A DNA stretch of 64,000 nt from assembly GCF_023055435.1 (NCBI RefSeq), contig NW_025964353.1, positions 682,001-746,000 of the forward strand, read 5' to 3'. The stretch comes from Haliotis rufescens. Taxonomy: Eukaryota. Of the stretch, positions 51,401 to 63,556 are shown in pieces. The stretch's first letter is position 1. Each line of letters begins with the position of its first letter. Below the pieces are notes generated by a model. It was not told where the DNA came from. It saw only the letters and a list, made by a program, of their open reading frames with translations, and did no database searches. A program made the translations under genes and the position numbers.

Positions 51401-54400
51401 TGTCAGTAACTTGTTTAAAACTGAAACAGTTTGGAATTTGAGGGTCTCCAGTGTATTTGTTATGACTGCCTGTTGACCCAAGCCTCGTCCCCCTTTTGAT
51501 GTCAGGATGTCTGATTTATCTCCCCCTACAGTTTTTGCTTCATGATTATCCCTCATAGTTGTTGATGAATGGCCATGGTTGATGTGTTGCAATGGTTGAT
51601 GTATGGCCATGGTTGATGTGTGGCAATGATTGATGTATGGCCATGATTGATGGTTGATGTGTGGCCATGATTGATGTATGGCCATGATTGATGGTTGATG
51701 TGTGGCCATGGTTGATGTATGGCATGGTTGATTGTATGGCCATGGTTGATGTAAGGTCATGGTTGATGTAGGGCCATGGTTGATGCATGGCCATGGTTGA
51801 TGTGTGGCCATGGTTGATGTAGGGCCATGGTTCATGTAAGGTCATGGTTGATGTATGGCCAGTGTTGATGCATGGCCATGGTTGATGTAGGGCCATGGTT
51901 GATGTGTGGCCATGGTTGATGTAGGGCCATGGTTGATGTGTGGCCATGATTGATGTTGGGCCATGGTTGACGTAAGGCCATGGTTGATGTGTGTCCATTG
52001 TTGATGTATGGCCATGGCTCTAGTAGATGATAGTTTTACTATTAAGATGGAAACAAAGTAACTACTATTTGAGTGAACTTTTATTTTCAGTGTGATAGCA
52101 TTCCGGAAGTCCAACAAGATTGGCATCTTCATGAGAGTGAAGCCCAACTTGAAAGAGGGGGATGTCAAGGTAAGTGATGATTATGGTTTATTGCTATAGT
52201 TTATTCATTCATATACTCTCGCAACTTAATGACGTCATATAATGGACGACATAATTTATAGATAGGGAAGTGTCAAGTGAGTTGTTCCCCACCTGTTTAT
52301 AAAATGGACTTGTCAGACATTGCCGAGGTCGGATTCTATTTAGGGAGTCGTCATATTTTTTTTTTTAAATATACGACTCGTGGTCGTTTATCGTGCAATA
52401 AACAACTCCCACTCGTTTATTTCTTCAGCAGTGCCTAAATAAAGTAAATATAGTCCTTGTCATGTCTCTAGTGTTAAAACTTGAAGATATAAAGGGTCCT
52501 GGATTCAAATATAGGAACAAAGCTCTATGTTAACACTGAAGCATCAGTTGTTTGATAGTGGTTCAAGATATTTCAAAGCATAAAATGTTCTTCATGAGGT
52601 ATTTCGTTTAGCAGATGTAATTTCTTTGGGATAGGCATATCTCCATTGCCACTAAATTGGCTAGAGCTCGGTATAAAACAGTTACACATATATTTCACAA
52701 ATGCTCCCCAAAATTCTGTCCTTTGATTCTCCTCATTCTGTTGAACAAACAACTGACTGAACTGTTCCACTGGCTGGTGGACTTGGTGCTTCTGATTCAG
52801 GTAAAAATGGATGTCTAGTTCATTTCTGGGGTCTTTTTGACAGTGGTCAAACTCAGGATGTGATGAGAAAATTCTTATTAATAGTCTTGCAAACCATGTG
52901 TGAGTCCCAGCATATTTAAGTCATTAGAATTATTGATTTATTTTGCTGGCTTAAAGGTTATGTCAACGAGTTCAACAGCTGGCTACCTCTACCACAATGC
53001 TAGTAATATTGCCTGTCTCTGGGCTGAGACAAAGCTTGTTAGAAGAGAAAATAGGAATTAGGGCTGTGCAAGTTATTCTGTTCATACCATTATAACTACT
53101 GAAATAATGTAACAAATGTTATATTTGGGGTAAAACTTTCTTAGTAAAGTACATATTCCAGTACTTTGGGGGGTTGAGTCCCATGTTTTTTAGAATTTTC
53201 TTAACTTTAACATTTATGCGAGCAAAATCGCCCCCCCCCCCCCCCCCCCCCCCCCATATGCAAATAAATATTGAAAAGGGATGCAAAAATAATTCAGAGT
53301 GCATGCAGATAAATTTCATATACATGTTAAGAACAAAAGCCACTACCAGGTATTTCATAATTGGTGCCACTTTAAGTTAATTTACATACATCATTTAAAA
53401 ACTACAGTATACAGTCAAATCCTTCATAATCTTCTTGTGTGAGCACTTGTAGTTTCAGTTGGAGAACGCGATCTATTTTTAACTGACTTATAGAGTACTC
53501 TATGCAATTTTTTTACATTTTTCTTGGACCCCAGTTTTGTTTCTTAAAGTGGGTCCCCTACGATTAAAGAATTTATTTCCCCTGCTCCCCAAAATAAATA
53601 ATCCAGGTAAATCACTGACTTACCTATTTGAACTTACTTGTTATTTTAACAGATAAAAACAGTATTGATGTTTACTTGCTAGACTGTAGTCAACACTATA
53701 AACATGTACATAATTCAAGTTTTGTAAACTGGTACATACCAGGGTAGTGACAGGGTTGTGAACTCTCCTCGGAAACGCAGAAAATTGCGTTTTTTAAAAC
53801 AGTAGTCCTCGGAAAAAATTATCTTCCTCGGAAAAATATAATCAAAGATTTTAAAAAAATTCTCCAAAAATATTATTTTGTTTCCCGCAAACTGTCACAG
53901 ATTGTCCTGTTTTTGATCAGAGCTTCCAGCATCATATATGCCTTTACTATTATTCATGACACATAGGGTTGAAGTTTATGGTAGGATTGCTCCCAGACCT
54001 GGCGGGTAGCCAGGTGCGCGAAGCTATGCTCGATTTTTTAAAAGTACTGATTTAACTTTGAAATTTTATTGTATCCGCCATCTTTGTTTATTTGACTTGA
54101 CTTTTCTTGTAGTTATGTTTACTGTATAAAACTGAAGGGTTTTTAGCTATGTTCCCCAAGCAGATAGCTATTTCCATTCAAGCTAGACTTACATCTAGTC
54201 TCTGGAATGAACATACAAGGGGCGTTCAATAAGTTTTGCAACTTGGGCATTTGTGTTTACACAAACAATGTCAACTCAACTTGTGGCAGGTGTGACACTG
54301 GTCATAACATCAGGTTGACACGTGTCATAACAAGTTCCAGACACAACAATAAGTTAGATGTGATGGCTTTATTCACCTAAGGGTGGTCACAATCATGGAT

Positions 54401-57400
54401 TCTCTCAAACATGAACAATGTGCTGCAAATAAAGTTCCTTACCAAGGAGGGATGCAAAGCAAAAGAAATCCATGATCGCATGTGTAAAGTGATGGGTAAG
54501 GATGCGCCTGACTATTCCACAGTTTGCCGTCAGGCAGGCCTTCAGATGCCACCCAACCGGAAACCTTAGAAAAAAGAAGATTATCTACTTGGAAAGTTTA
54601 TATTAACATTAGAATTGAATGTCTTGTACATAGTGGTTACAATCAGACTGATCACATTTTGCCAGCTCATACCTCACAGTTGTTACGATGTCATTTTGAC
54701 AGGACCCAACTTGTAATCATTTCCCTGTACATAGTTGTGTGATTAGTGACACTGCTGCAGAAGGAAGTGCCTTGTGTTCTGCACCAATGAGGAGCTAGGT
54801 CAAGCCATTCACTGGTTAGTGGGGAAACCCCATACATATCTGTCATTTAAGATAAGTGAACTTTGTTTATGGCTGAGCATTAGGATTGATAAACATCATT
54901 ACATTGAGCTTATCAACATAGGGGTGTTTCAAGTATATTTGTTGTTTAACGCTGCACTCAACAATATTCCAGCTATATGATGGCAGCCTGTAAATAATAG
55001 AGTCTTGACCAGACAATCCTGTGATAGACATTATGAGCATCAATCTACGCAGTTGGATGGGATGACATCCATCAACAGAGCCAGCACACCTGACCACGTG
55101 ATCCTGTTAATCACTAATTTCAACAGGCATGGGTTGCTGGTGATTTGAATCCAACTTGCTACAACTGCCAAATGGCCGGAGCCTAGCTCCTCTTCAACAC
55201 AGGAAACTGTCCTGACATTCAGCTTGAAATTGATTTCTGTGATTTGGATCTGTCCACACCTAGCTTATCCTGATTTTTGTCTATAAAAATTACCAGGCCA
55301 AACAAAAAGGGACACAATTTTACTACATTAATTTATAATCAGTTATTGTCAGTTTGAAATCCAGACTGAAACTGTGTCACCAAGGACCAATTCATCATGC
55401 TGTTGACAATCCCTAATCTGGATTGACTAATCACATTGCTGTCTAACCTGGACCCTGTCGGTCCCTCACAAGCCTGGTGCAGCATGTTGAGACTGGTTCC
55501 ATTGTAGTTTCAAAGTCCAAATCCTAATAAACATTAAGTTTATTATTATGATCATGATGTTATACCATGTCATGTGATTGACTTTCTTTGATTTTTTTAT
55601 CCTCCAAATGTAGTGTGTATATAGTAGGGTTGGGATAATAAACCAACTGTGTGATCCGATACATATCACGATCCCTTGCTCACGATCCAATATGTTTTAT
55701 TATCCCCCGCCGCGCGAAAGCGCGAAGCGGGGGATATAGTATTCACGACCGTCCGTACGTCCCGTACGTCCGTACGTCCCACCTGTTTGTTGCCGCGATA
55801 TCTCAAGAACTAAACACTGGATTGTCTTCATATTTGGAACTATGGTGTATATACAGACTCCGCAGACACCAGTCGGTTTTGGTGACCTTGATCCCATTTT
55901 CAAGGTCACAGCAGGCAAATCTGCTTTTGGAGTTGGAAAACGGTGTTGCCGCGATATCTCAAGAACTAAACACTGGATTGTCTTCATATTTGGAACTATG
56001 GTGTATATACAGACTCCGCAGACACCAGTCGGTTTTGGTGACCTTGATCCCATTTTCAAGGTCACAGCAGGCAAATCTGCTTTTGGAGTTGGAAAACGGT
56101 GTTGCCGCGATATCTCAAGAACTAAACACTGGATTGTCTTCATATTTGGAACTATGGTGTATATACAGACACCGCAGACACCAGTCGGTTTTGGTGACCT
56201 TGACCCCATTTTCAAGGTCACAGCAGGTAAATCTGCTTTTGGAGTTAGAAAACGGTGTTGCCGCGATATCTCAAGAACTAATCGCTGGATTGTCTTCATA
56301 TTTGGAACTATAGTGTATATACAGACACCGCATCCACCTGTCAGATTTGGTGACCTTGACCCCATTTTCAAGGTCACAGCAGGCAAATCTGTTTTTGGAG
56401 TTGGAAAACGGTGTTGCCACAATATCTCAAGAACTAATCGCTGGATTGTCTTCATATTTGGTACTATGGTGTACAGGCGGGGGATATTTCGTCACTCTGT
56501 GACAAATACTTGTGATACTTGTATGTGCTCTTATCTGTGGTGCGTTAGTGACAATTAACAGTTGGCAGTGTCAAGTATGGCTCAATGGATGAAAATATTT
56601 ACCTTTTCTCTACTTATTATCCCCCGCCCAACAAAGTTGGCGGGGGATATAGAAACAGCTCCGTCCGTCCGTCACGTTTCATTTCCGGAGCATAACCCAG
56701 AAACCGTTCAAAAAATTTTCATGAAACTTTGCAGGTCTGTCAAGTACATGCTGAACTGGTGCCTTTTGCTATTTAGAAATTTCAGTAAATTTTATTTTTT
56801 TATGTTTCATTGGCAACAAGATGGACTTAGGTTCTGTGAGGGTAGGGTTCGTTTCCGGAGCATAACTCATAAACCGTTCAATATTTTTTCATCAAACTTT
56901 GCAGGTTTGTCAGGTACATGCTGAACTGGTGCCTTTTGCTATTTAGAAATTTTAGAAATTTTTATTTTTTACGTTTCCATGGCAGCAAGATGGAGTTAGG
57001 TTCCAAACTCTTCTTTTTTTTACAATTTCCATGACAAGTTCCACCTCGGTTAAGAAAGGTTAGGGTTTGTTTAGATTTAATTATGTCATAAATTCTGCAA
57101 CAGGGGCGGGGGATATAGCCACGTTAGTGGCAAACTCTTGTTAGTGTTTAGTGTAACAGCCATTAAAGTAAACATTTAGGTATGAATTAATATTTTCTAC
57201 TTAGTGTGTGGCTGTATCATGAAGTAAAATATCACAATCCACTGAGGACCTTTTGCTGAGATTCACATATTTGATTTAAAGTAAATCTTGGGTTCATGAC
57301 AATGTAGTCTAAATAAACGAAGCAAAACTATTTTCATAATCTATGCTACAAGCAGAGAGCATTGTAAGATTCTGACTATATCATTAGCAGTGTCTATGAA

Positions 57401-57821
57401 TCACTATCAAATAGTTAAAATACCAGGTGTTCGCGGGTATCCTGCCCAAACATTGGCACCAGTCACAAACACATGAAAAGGCAAGGCAAGTGTTCACCTG
57501 TAAAGTCACAGGAACATATGGTACAACTACAAGTCAAAATAGGGAAATGCATCAGTCATCATTTTTGTCACTGATGTGTCACATTTGGAAATGTCCTCCA
57601 CATTAAACGTCTACTATTAAACGTCCTGAAAGCTTTACAAAGGCCATGAATTATGTTACCCAAGAGTTGTACAGCATCTTGTATGTTGGCAGGTGCGTTT
57701 CCGGATGCAGCACGAGTACCGCAACACGACCACGGCACTGCAGAGTGAGGACAAGGAGCCCCAGATTGTATGGCTGGAACACACCATCTACATGGCAGTC
57801 GGCCAGATACAGAGCAAATAG
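39426..57821 (+). CDS. DCTN4: Dynactin subunit 4 (p62), 452 aa; exons 39426-39554, 39711-39781, 40345-40523, 42617-42660, 43836-43937, 44077-44144, 44989-45098, 45510-45619, 46081-46154, 46962-47016, 48395-48502, 49852-49952, 52091-52169, 57693-57821
   Basis: All introns are GT-AG with consistent phases, total 1359 nt. Cys-rich N-terminus ([38 protein letters not shown]...[15 protein letters not shown]...[16 protein letters not shown]), then [51 protein letters not shown] and IVWLEH, all characteristic of dynactin p62. Confidence 0.95.
40595..41375. mobile_element. Tc1/pogo-like MITE in DCTN4 intron 3
   Basis: TA|cagtgattcct...aggaatcactg|TA termini. Confidence 0.75.
41440..42435. mobile_element. 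Element with ~170-bp imperfect inverted termini and an internal terminus copy (DIRS-like, non-autonomous)
   Basis: 41440-41600 is the reverse complement of ~42245-42405; 42105-42170 repeats the terminus. The DIRS assignment is inference. Confidence 0.5.
43564..43860 (+). repeat. 50-bp tandem array (6 units) built from the DCTN4 intron 4/exon 5 junction
   Basis: Unit aatgtgccatacatctttcAG|ATAAACTCCCTGTTGGATTA..., with AG ending at 43585, 43635, 43685, 43735, 43785 and 43835. The last is the real acceptor. Confidence 0.95.
46250..46794. mobile_element. Second copy of the MULE-like element, in DCTN4 intron 9
   Basis: Same TIRs and internal sequence as 24142-24693; degenerate ~10-bp flanking duplication. 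Confidence 0.85.
47076..47242. other. ~80-bp-stem fold-back related to 37792-37897
   Basis: Inverted arms containing TGATAAcGGTG..CACCGAAACGTC; flanked by duplicated attttccttgtagcat (47031 and 47242). Confidence 0.55.
47454..47719 (+). mobile_element. SINE-like family A, full-length with 12-bp TSD
   Basis: TSD ttgttaccatgg at 47442-47453 and 47720-47731; (aaac)n tail. Confidence 0.88.
47733..48165. mobile_element. MITE with short TIRs (hAT-like)
   Basis: cagagctccagataa...ttatctgtaactctg termini; TSD not clean. Confidence 0.55.
50667..50830 (+). mobile_element. tRNA-derived SINE family B copy
   Basis: Same consensus; TSD ccctca(g/t)cataag at 50654 and 50831. Confidence 0.85.
51566..52017. 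repeat. 17-bp minisatellite (tggccatggttgatgtg) in DCTN4 intron 12
   Basis: 17-bp period (51605, 51622, 51639...), ending about 70 nt upstream of the exon 13 acceptor. Confidence 0.92.
54214..54530 (+). mobile_element. Mariner 5' fragment: TIR plus N-terminal HTH of the transposase
   Basis: TA-caaggggcgttcaataag TIR; frameshifted [39 protein letters not shown] typical of the mariner HTH. Confidence 0.75.
55695..56513 (+). mobile_element. Helentron-associated (HINE/DINE-1-like) element with ~4.3 internal 156-bp repeats
   Basis: 5' ttattatcccccgcc..gcgggggata hairpin, (gtcc)n-like microsatellite, tandem core, 3' ggcgggggata subterminal inverted repeat and gtcactctgtgac hairpin. Confidence 0.75.
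56614..57142 (+). mobile_element. Second HINE-like element with the same termini and a different internal core (2 copies)
   Basis: ttattatcccccgcc...ggcgggggata, ccgtccgtccgtc, duplicated core, 3' ggcgggggata plus gccacgttagtggc hairpin. Confidence 0.72.
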
Positions 57822-57897
57822 AGGGAAGCAGACCCAGATTGTATTGCTGGAACACACCATCTACATGACAGTCGGCCAAATACAGAGCCAGGGGAAG
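57760..57897 (+). repeat. 73-bp tandem duplication of the DCTN4 coding end
   Basis: cccagattgtatggctggaacacaccatctacatggcagtcggccagatacagagc at 57760 and a near-copy at 57833. Confidence 0.9.
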
Positions 57898-60800
57898 AGT
57901 TGGCCAACTCACACTGATCAGGGCCCACTTGCACAAAGCGATCTTAACACTAAGATGATCGTAACTCACATTCTTTAACATTGGCTTACGATAGTCTTAT
58001 AGCTAAGATTGCTTTGTGCAACTGGGTCCAGGAGTCTGGTTGACTGGGACACCTCATCCAGTCTACCATTAATAATTGAAGCAAACTATATATTCTGTCT
58101 TTGCGCACCAAAATTCGCGAAGTCTTCAGACTTCCTTGTCATCTGGTTGATGTGACAATATGTCACGGTTGACTGAAAGTCAGTTTGTTTCGTATAATTG
58201 TGTAACACCCTTGAGATTATGTCAACGGTTCAGTTTAACTCCATTAGATTATCAACACCCATAGTCACAAATGTTTGATGCAGGAATACTTAACAGAAGC
58301 TTGTTTGAGCTATGAGTGTCATCTACATCATATGCCAAGTCGCATGTAATGCTCTGTCAGCCTTGAACATGTCATACAAGTGCAATATGTGTGTCTGTGT
58401 TTTGTCAGTAACATCACTATCAGCCATCTCAGTGGAAGCAGCCTGTTCAGTGTAGAACCAACGAGTTACAACAAATTACAGTGTATCCTCAACAATGAGT
58501 GCATGTCGTAAGCCCCTAGACTTTGGCAAGACTTGCAGAATTCATTCACAACAGACGGATAATTCGTAAATTCTAAGCTCCAAAATATATATACTACTCA
58601 AAACAAGTTAAAGAACATCCACAATTGGAAGACTGTGTGTTGCAATATTCACCAGGCATGACAGTTTAACTATAGTCATGTGAAAAAATCAAGTGGTCTT
58701 TTCCTTCTCGGAGTAGTATATATTACTCAATGTCATTTTAAGAGGAAACTGAAGAAAAATCTATGATATGTCAACCTTTTAGAGAGGCTCACCTATTGTA
58801 CCGATGACAATGTAATCACGTTTTGACACCATATCATATTGTTCTCAACACTGAAATAGTGTGACATCATATTGCTCTTTTGACCAATCAGCACTGAGAT
58901 TGCAAAAATATATGTGCAAATATCAGAAAGTTATTACCCTTAATCTTTCTACCCTACATGGTGATAACTAAAAATATTGCTGGTTAACTCGGGAGTGGTT
59001 TATTATGATTTATCTGTGGTGCTTATTCATGGATATATTCAAACTAATATATCTTGAGTATCTACATTGGTAAAGGTCTAATATTCCCATTTATGTTTGG
59101 TCCCCTTCTTAATGTTGTAGGGTATAGCCACTTTGCCTCAAGTCTCCATGTTTTCTCTAGGTTTCCACTGAGTAGTATTTATTTCCTTGTATAGAAATGC
59201 ATTTATTGGAAATGTTTTTATTTAAAAATGTATATTGATAACTGTTTGAAATGGAAGTGGTGAATGGAAAATTCTGTACAGTTCTGTGAATATATAGGCA
59301 ATGATTGAATGATATAGTTAATGCACCAAGACTACATGGAGTAGTTGTCATGTTCCATTAGATGCAGTTGCAGTGGTGACAGATGGTATTTATTTCCTTA
59401 TTGCTCATTGAACTGGATACAATAAATAAACACATGAATTGGTTCTATTTTTGATCAGGAAATAAAAATATTGTCATACCCCCACCCCCCAACCCCCTGT
59501 AGTTATTATTATCAACCAGAACTCAGTTTTCCTTCCTTCCCTGAAAGGAGGCTTGTGGAAATATCAGACCTCTGATCCTTATCATTGCATGTTGTCAACT
59601 ACCACAATGTCAGCCCCTGTCCCTGTTCTGTCAGTGTCACAATATTATCAATTATGAGAAATAGATTAGATAGTAATCCAAGTAATCCAAGTAAAGGGAA
59701 AGTTTCTAACCATATTTTCATTTGTGTGAAGGATCTTGTAATAATGTCTGACGTATTGGGTGTACAGTTCCTGCATGGAACATTCTGTTATGAGCCGTTA
59801 ATTCCCCTTTCTACAGTTCCTTCTATTCAATGAAAGACAAATTGCGATGTGTGGCTGTGGCTAAGTCAGTTGGTATATGAGGAGCTTAAAACAATATTTC
59901 CTCTCTATTGCAATAGTTGTATAGCTGTAACAGTAGCATGATGGCAATTTTTACCTTCCCACAGTTCCTTGCCATTTTTATCTAACATGGTGTCCAAGCT
60001 CAGGAAATGAGTTACAGGGGGTAGTTTTTCCGGTGGTGGTGAAGCCCATTTCTTGTGTCCCCTGCCACAATGCTACTGGACTGTTGCTAAAGTGGGGTTA
60101 AACTCACTCCCTTCGTTTCTCTATTCTCTGAAAAGTTTTGATACCAATATGCCTCTTCAACAAAGATGTTTTAGGGAAAATGAATGGTAAAATAAATCAT
60201 TATTGCATGGAAATTAACTTTTTTCTCATACTTCTGTTTAGAACGGTCGGGGACCGTATTAATGTTAAGCATTGATATTTTAATTTGTCGTTGCTGTATT
60301 GCTACTGGGGTCCTCGGACAGTTTTCAATACATCTACAGCTAGATCGATTATTACACCTCTAGTTGTCATGTGTAAGAAATCCCATTGAGCATTGAAGGA
60401 ATGTACCACTGTCAAAGTTGATTGTTAAAATGGTGACTCTATTTATCTTGTTTATCTCTTGCTTGATGCTGATGTTTCAAAGTGCTAATAAAGCCTTAAA
60501 AATGTTGTTTTGTTCTTGTTTCTGCAATGCTGTGTCATTCAAATGTTCAAGACCCGTTAAGATCCGGGGAAGACTTGGTCGCCACCAACCCATGCTTGAC
60601 GTAAAAAGCGACCATGATTGTTGTAAGAGGAATCAGGTTGTCAGGCTCGCTGACTTGGTTGATGCATGTCATCATATCCCAATTGCATGAATCCATGCTC
60701 ATGATGGAAATGGATTGTCTGGTCCAGACTTGATTATTTACAGACCGCTGTCATATAGGTGGAATATTGCTGAGTGCAGCGTTAAACAACAAACAAACAA

Positions 60801-63508
60801 AATCAAAGGTTCAATGTACGGTTTGAAGTGACTATGAAAGTATGGGCTCCATGGAGGTAGATTATCATTGTCTCTTGTGTTTGTGTGGGGTTCTGTCTAC
60901 TCACTGAGTTTTTTGTTGTTTCTTGTTTCCTACCAGCAATATTTATTTAAGAGTCTGGACAAGACAATCCAGTTGTTGATATTGTAAGCATCCATCCACG
61001 CCATCGGGAACGATAACATCAGCTAATGTCAGCGAGTCTGACCAACCGATCCACATGGTTGGCTCGTACAGCTTGCATAGGTTGAAGAGGACCAATTCCA
61101 ACCCCAAATAACCATGGGGTTCTACTCGGCAATGTCACATAACCTTGATCAGGCTCTGCAGGCTGTAGATGTTTGTTTGTTTGTTGCTGAACACCACACT
61201 CAGCAATATTCCAACTGTATGATGGCAGCCTGTTGATAAATGACTCTGGCCCAGACAATCCAGTAGTTTAGAAACTGAAGCCAATCAATTTTTGTTTATA
61301 TCATAAAAAGAAGTTCACATCCCTAAAATCTCTCTCTTATGTTCATCACATTAAATGCCATTCAAAGACTTGTACATGCACTTTAGTATATGTCACATTA
61401 ACTTATTTATATACTCTAGCTCCAGTATTGAAGCAAATATTTTTGGCTGTGAAGACTGTTTCAGTCCAAACAATAGGAACAGGGTCCTTCAAATTGCTTT
61501 AAGTTATCGAAGACCCATGACTAATTCTTCCATTCTTGCTCAACTTGCACTTCATATACAAGGTCGGAGTAGAAAGGAAGTGTTGATGTTAATTGTAGGA
61601 ATGTATGCAAATACGAAGATGTCCGATTTTCGATCACAAATCACTTAATTTCGTTAATCCGACATACTCGTTAATCCGATACAATCATGTGCAACCAACG
61701 ATGTCGGATTAACGAGACTTGACTGTATCAAAATAAGAAAAATCAAGATGAAATAGTTCTGAATTGGTTGTATTTTCTAGACCTGCTTAACAATTCTTAT
61801 GAAAAATGATGGTACTTGCAATATGTAAAAAAAATACACTATATTCCTTTCAATCAGCCCCTTTGGGTATTCCATGTCAGCATAGGTTCCCAGTTCCTGA
61901 GATTACAGTAAGGATTGTGTGTCAAGATACCATTGCATTGTGGATCATTGTTTACGCTATCGACTACTGGATGGCTTCAACTCCATTGTATACATTTGTT
62001 GGGATATTGATAGAAATATGCTGACAATGGCTTGAAACAACAATTGCTCACTAAATCACTGGTGTCAATGGTGGAACACCTTGCTGGGAAGGGGTGTTTC
62101 TGTTTGTTTGTTGTTTAACGCTGCACTCAGCAATATTCCACTCAGCTGTATGACAGCGGTAAATAATCGAGTCTGGACCAGACAATCCAGTGATTGATAT
62201 CATGAGCATCAATCCATGCAATTGGGATAAGATGACATCCATCAACCAAGTCAGTGAGCCTGACCCCCAGATCCCGTAAGTTGCCTCTTATGACAAGTAT
62301 AGTCACCTTATAACTTAGTGTTCAACTGTTTGCTTGTCAGGAGGAAGGCACCTGATTCCCAACATGGGTACATTGTTTGAAACGGGTGGGGATCCGGAAT
62401 AGAATTGTTCCCCAGCAAGCTAATCTGGTCATAAGATGTTAATTTATAGATCAGGTAGTCAGGCTCCGTGACTTGGTGATGGTATGTGATCATACCTCTG
62501 TGTAAATAGTTGCTCATTATATCAATCACTGTATTGTCTGGTCCAGACTTGATTATTTACAGGTCTTCAGCAACCCATGCTTGCCCTAAAAGACAGCTAT
62601 GCTTGTGGTAAAAGGCGACTAATCAGGTGGTCAGGCTGGCTGTCTTGGTTGATGCATGTCATCTTATCTCAATTACATAGATCGAAGCTCTTTATGTCAA
62701 TCACTGGATTGTCTGGTCCAGACTCGATTATTTAGTATATTTACAGACCCCGTCATATAGCTGGAATATTGCTGAGTGCGGCATTAAACAACAAGCAAAC
62801 AAAGAAACGATTATTTATAATCTGATGTCATGTGGCTTGAATATTGCTGAGTGCAGTGTAAACCCTCATGCACGCAGACAGCCAAGAACGTGCGCGCACA
62901 CACACGCACACACACACACACAGTGTGTGAAGCAGGGATGTTGCTGGATTATTGATAAAACAAAAACAACTGAAACAATACTGAGTTTGAATCTCAGATT
63001 CTCAACCACCATCTTGCTTTCGCAGAGATCATCGTAAGGTAGTCGTTTGTAAAGCAAACCTTGACAGTACTGTGTTTCGTTTTCGGTTTTTTTTTTCGTT
63101 TTTATCATTATGAAATGATTTTCATGTTTGTATGAAGTTTGTTTCTGGTGTCATTTCATATTCCACCTTGAACCTGCACCTCAGTTCAATACAATCCTAC
63201 TGGCAATACGCACCTGGAACGTGTACTGAACGTGTATCGACATGAGCAAATGGAGGTTATAGTGTGGTTGAATGAGATAATTATCCCTTGACTTTCTCAA
63301 GTGTGTCTAGTGGTTGTTGAAGTTCGATCACCCTACCGTGTCATACCAAAAGATGTTAAAGGATGGTGATTGTTGATACCCAGCCTGGGGCTCGCATTAA
63401 GGGGCTAAACTAGGAACTGGTCAACTCGGAGTCGGTAAACATTAAGTGTATTTCACTGGGCTAGCGCTAGCACTATAAAGCTGGCATTAGTTTAGGCCAT
63501 AACAAGCA

Positions 63509-63556
<48 letters not shown>

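Larger units (their letters stand above)
50981..55265. repeat. ~330-bp inverted duplicate pair (50981-51315 and 54935-55265) flanking DCTN4 exon 13
   Basis: Both copies share ~130 bp of non-SINE sequence plus a SINE with the same private substitutions. Confidence 0.85.

Noticed and set aside
51254-52168. His/Pro-rich ORFs on the minus strand
   Set aside because: Translations of the 17-bp minisatellite, antisense to DCTN4.
55651-56558. Three long overlapping ORFs (220-251 aa)
   Set aside because: They arise from a 156-bp (52-codon) tandem core inside a HINE-like element in a DCTN4 intron.
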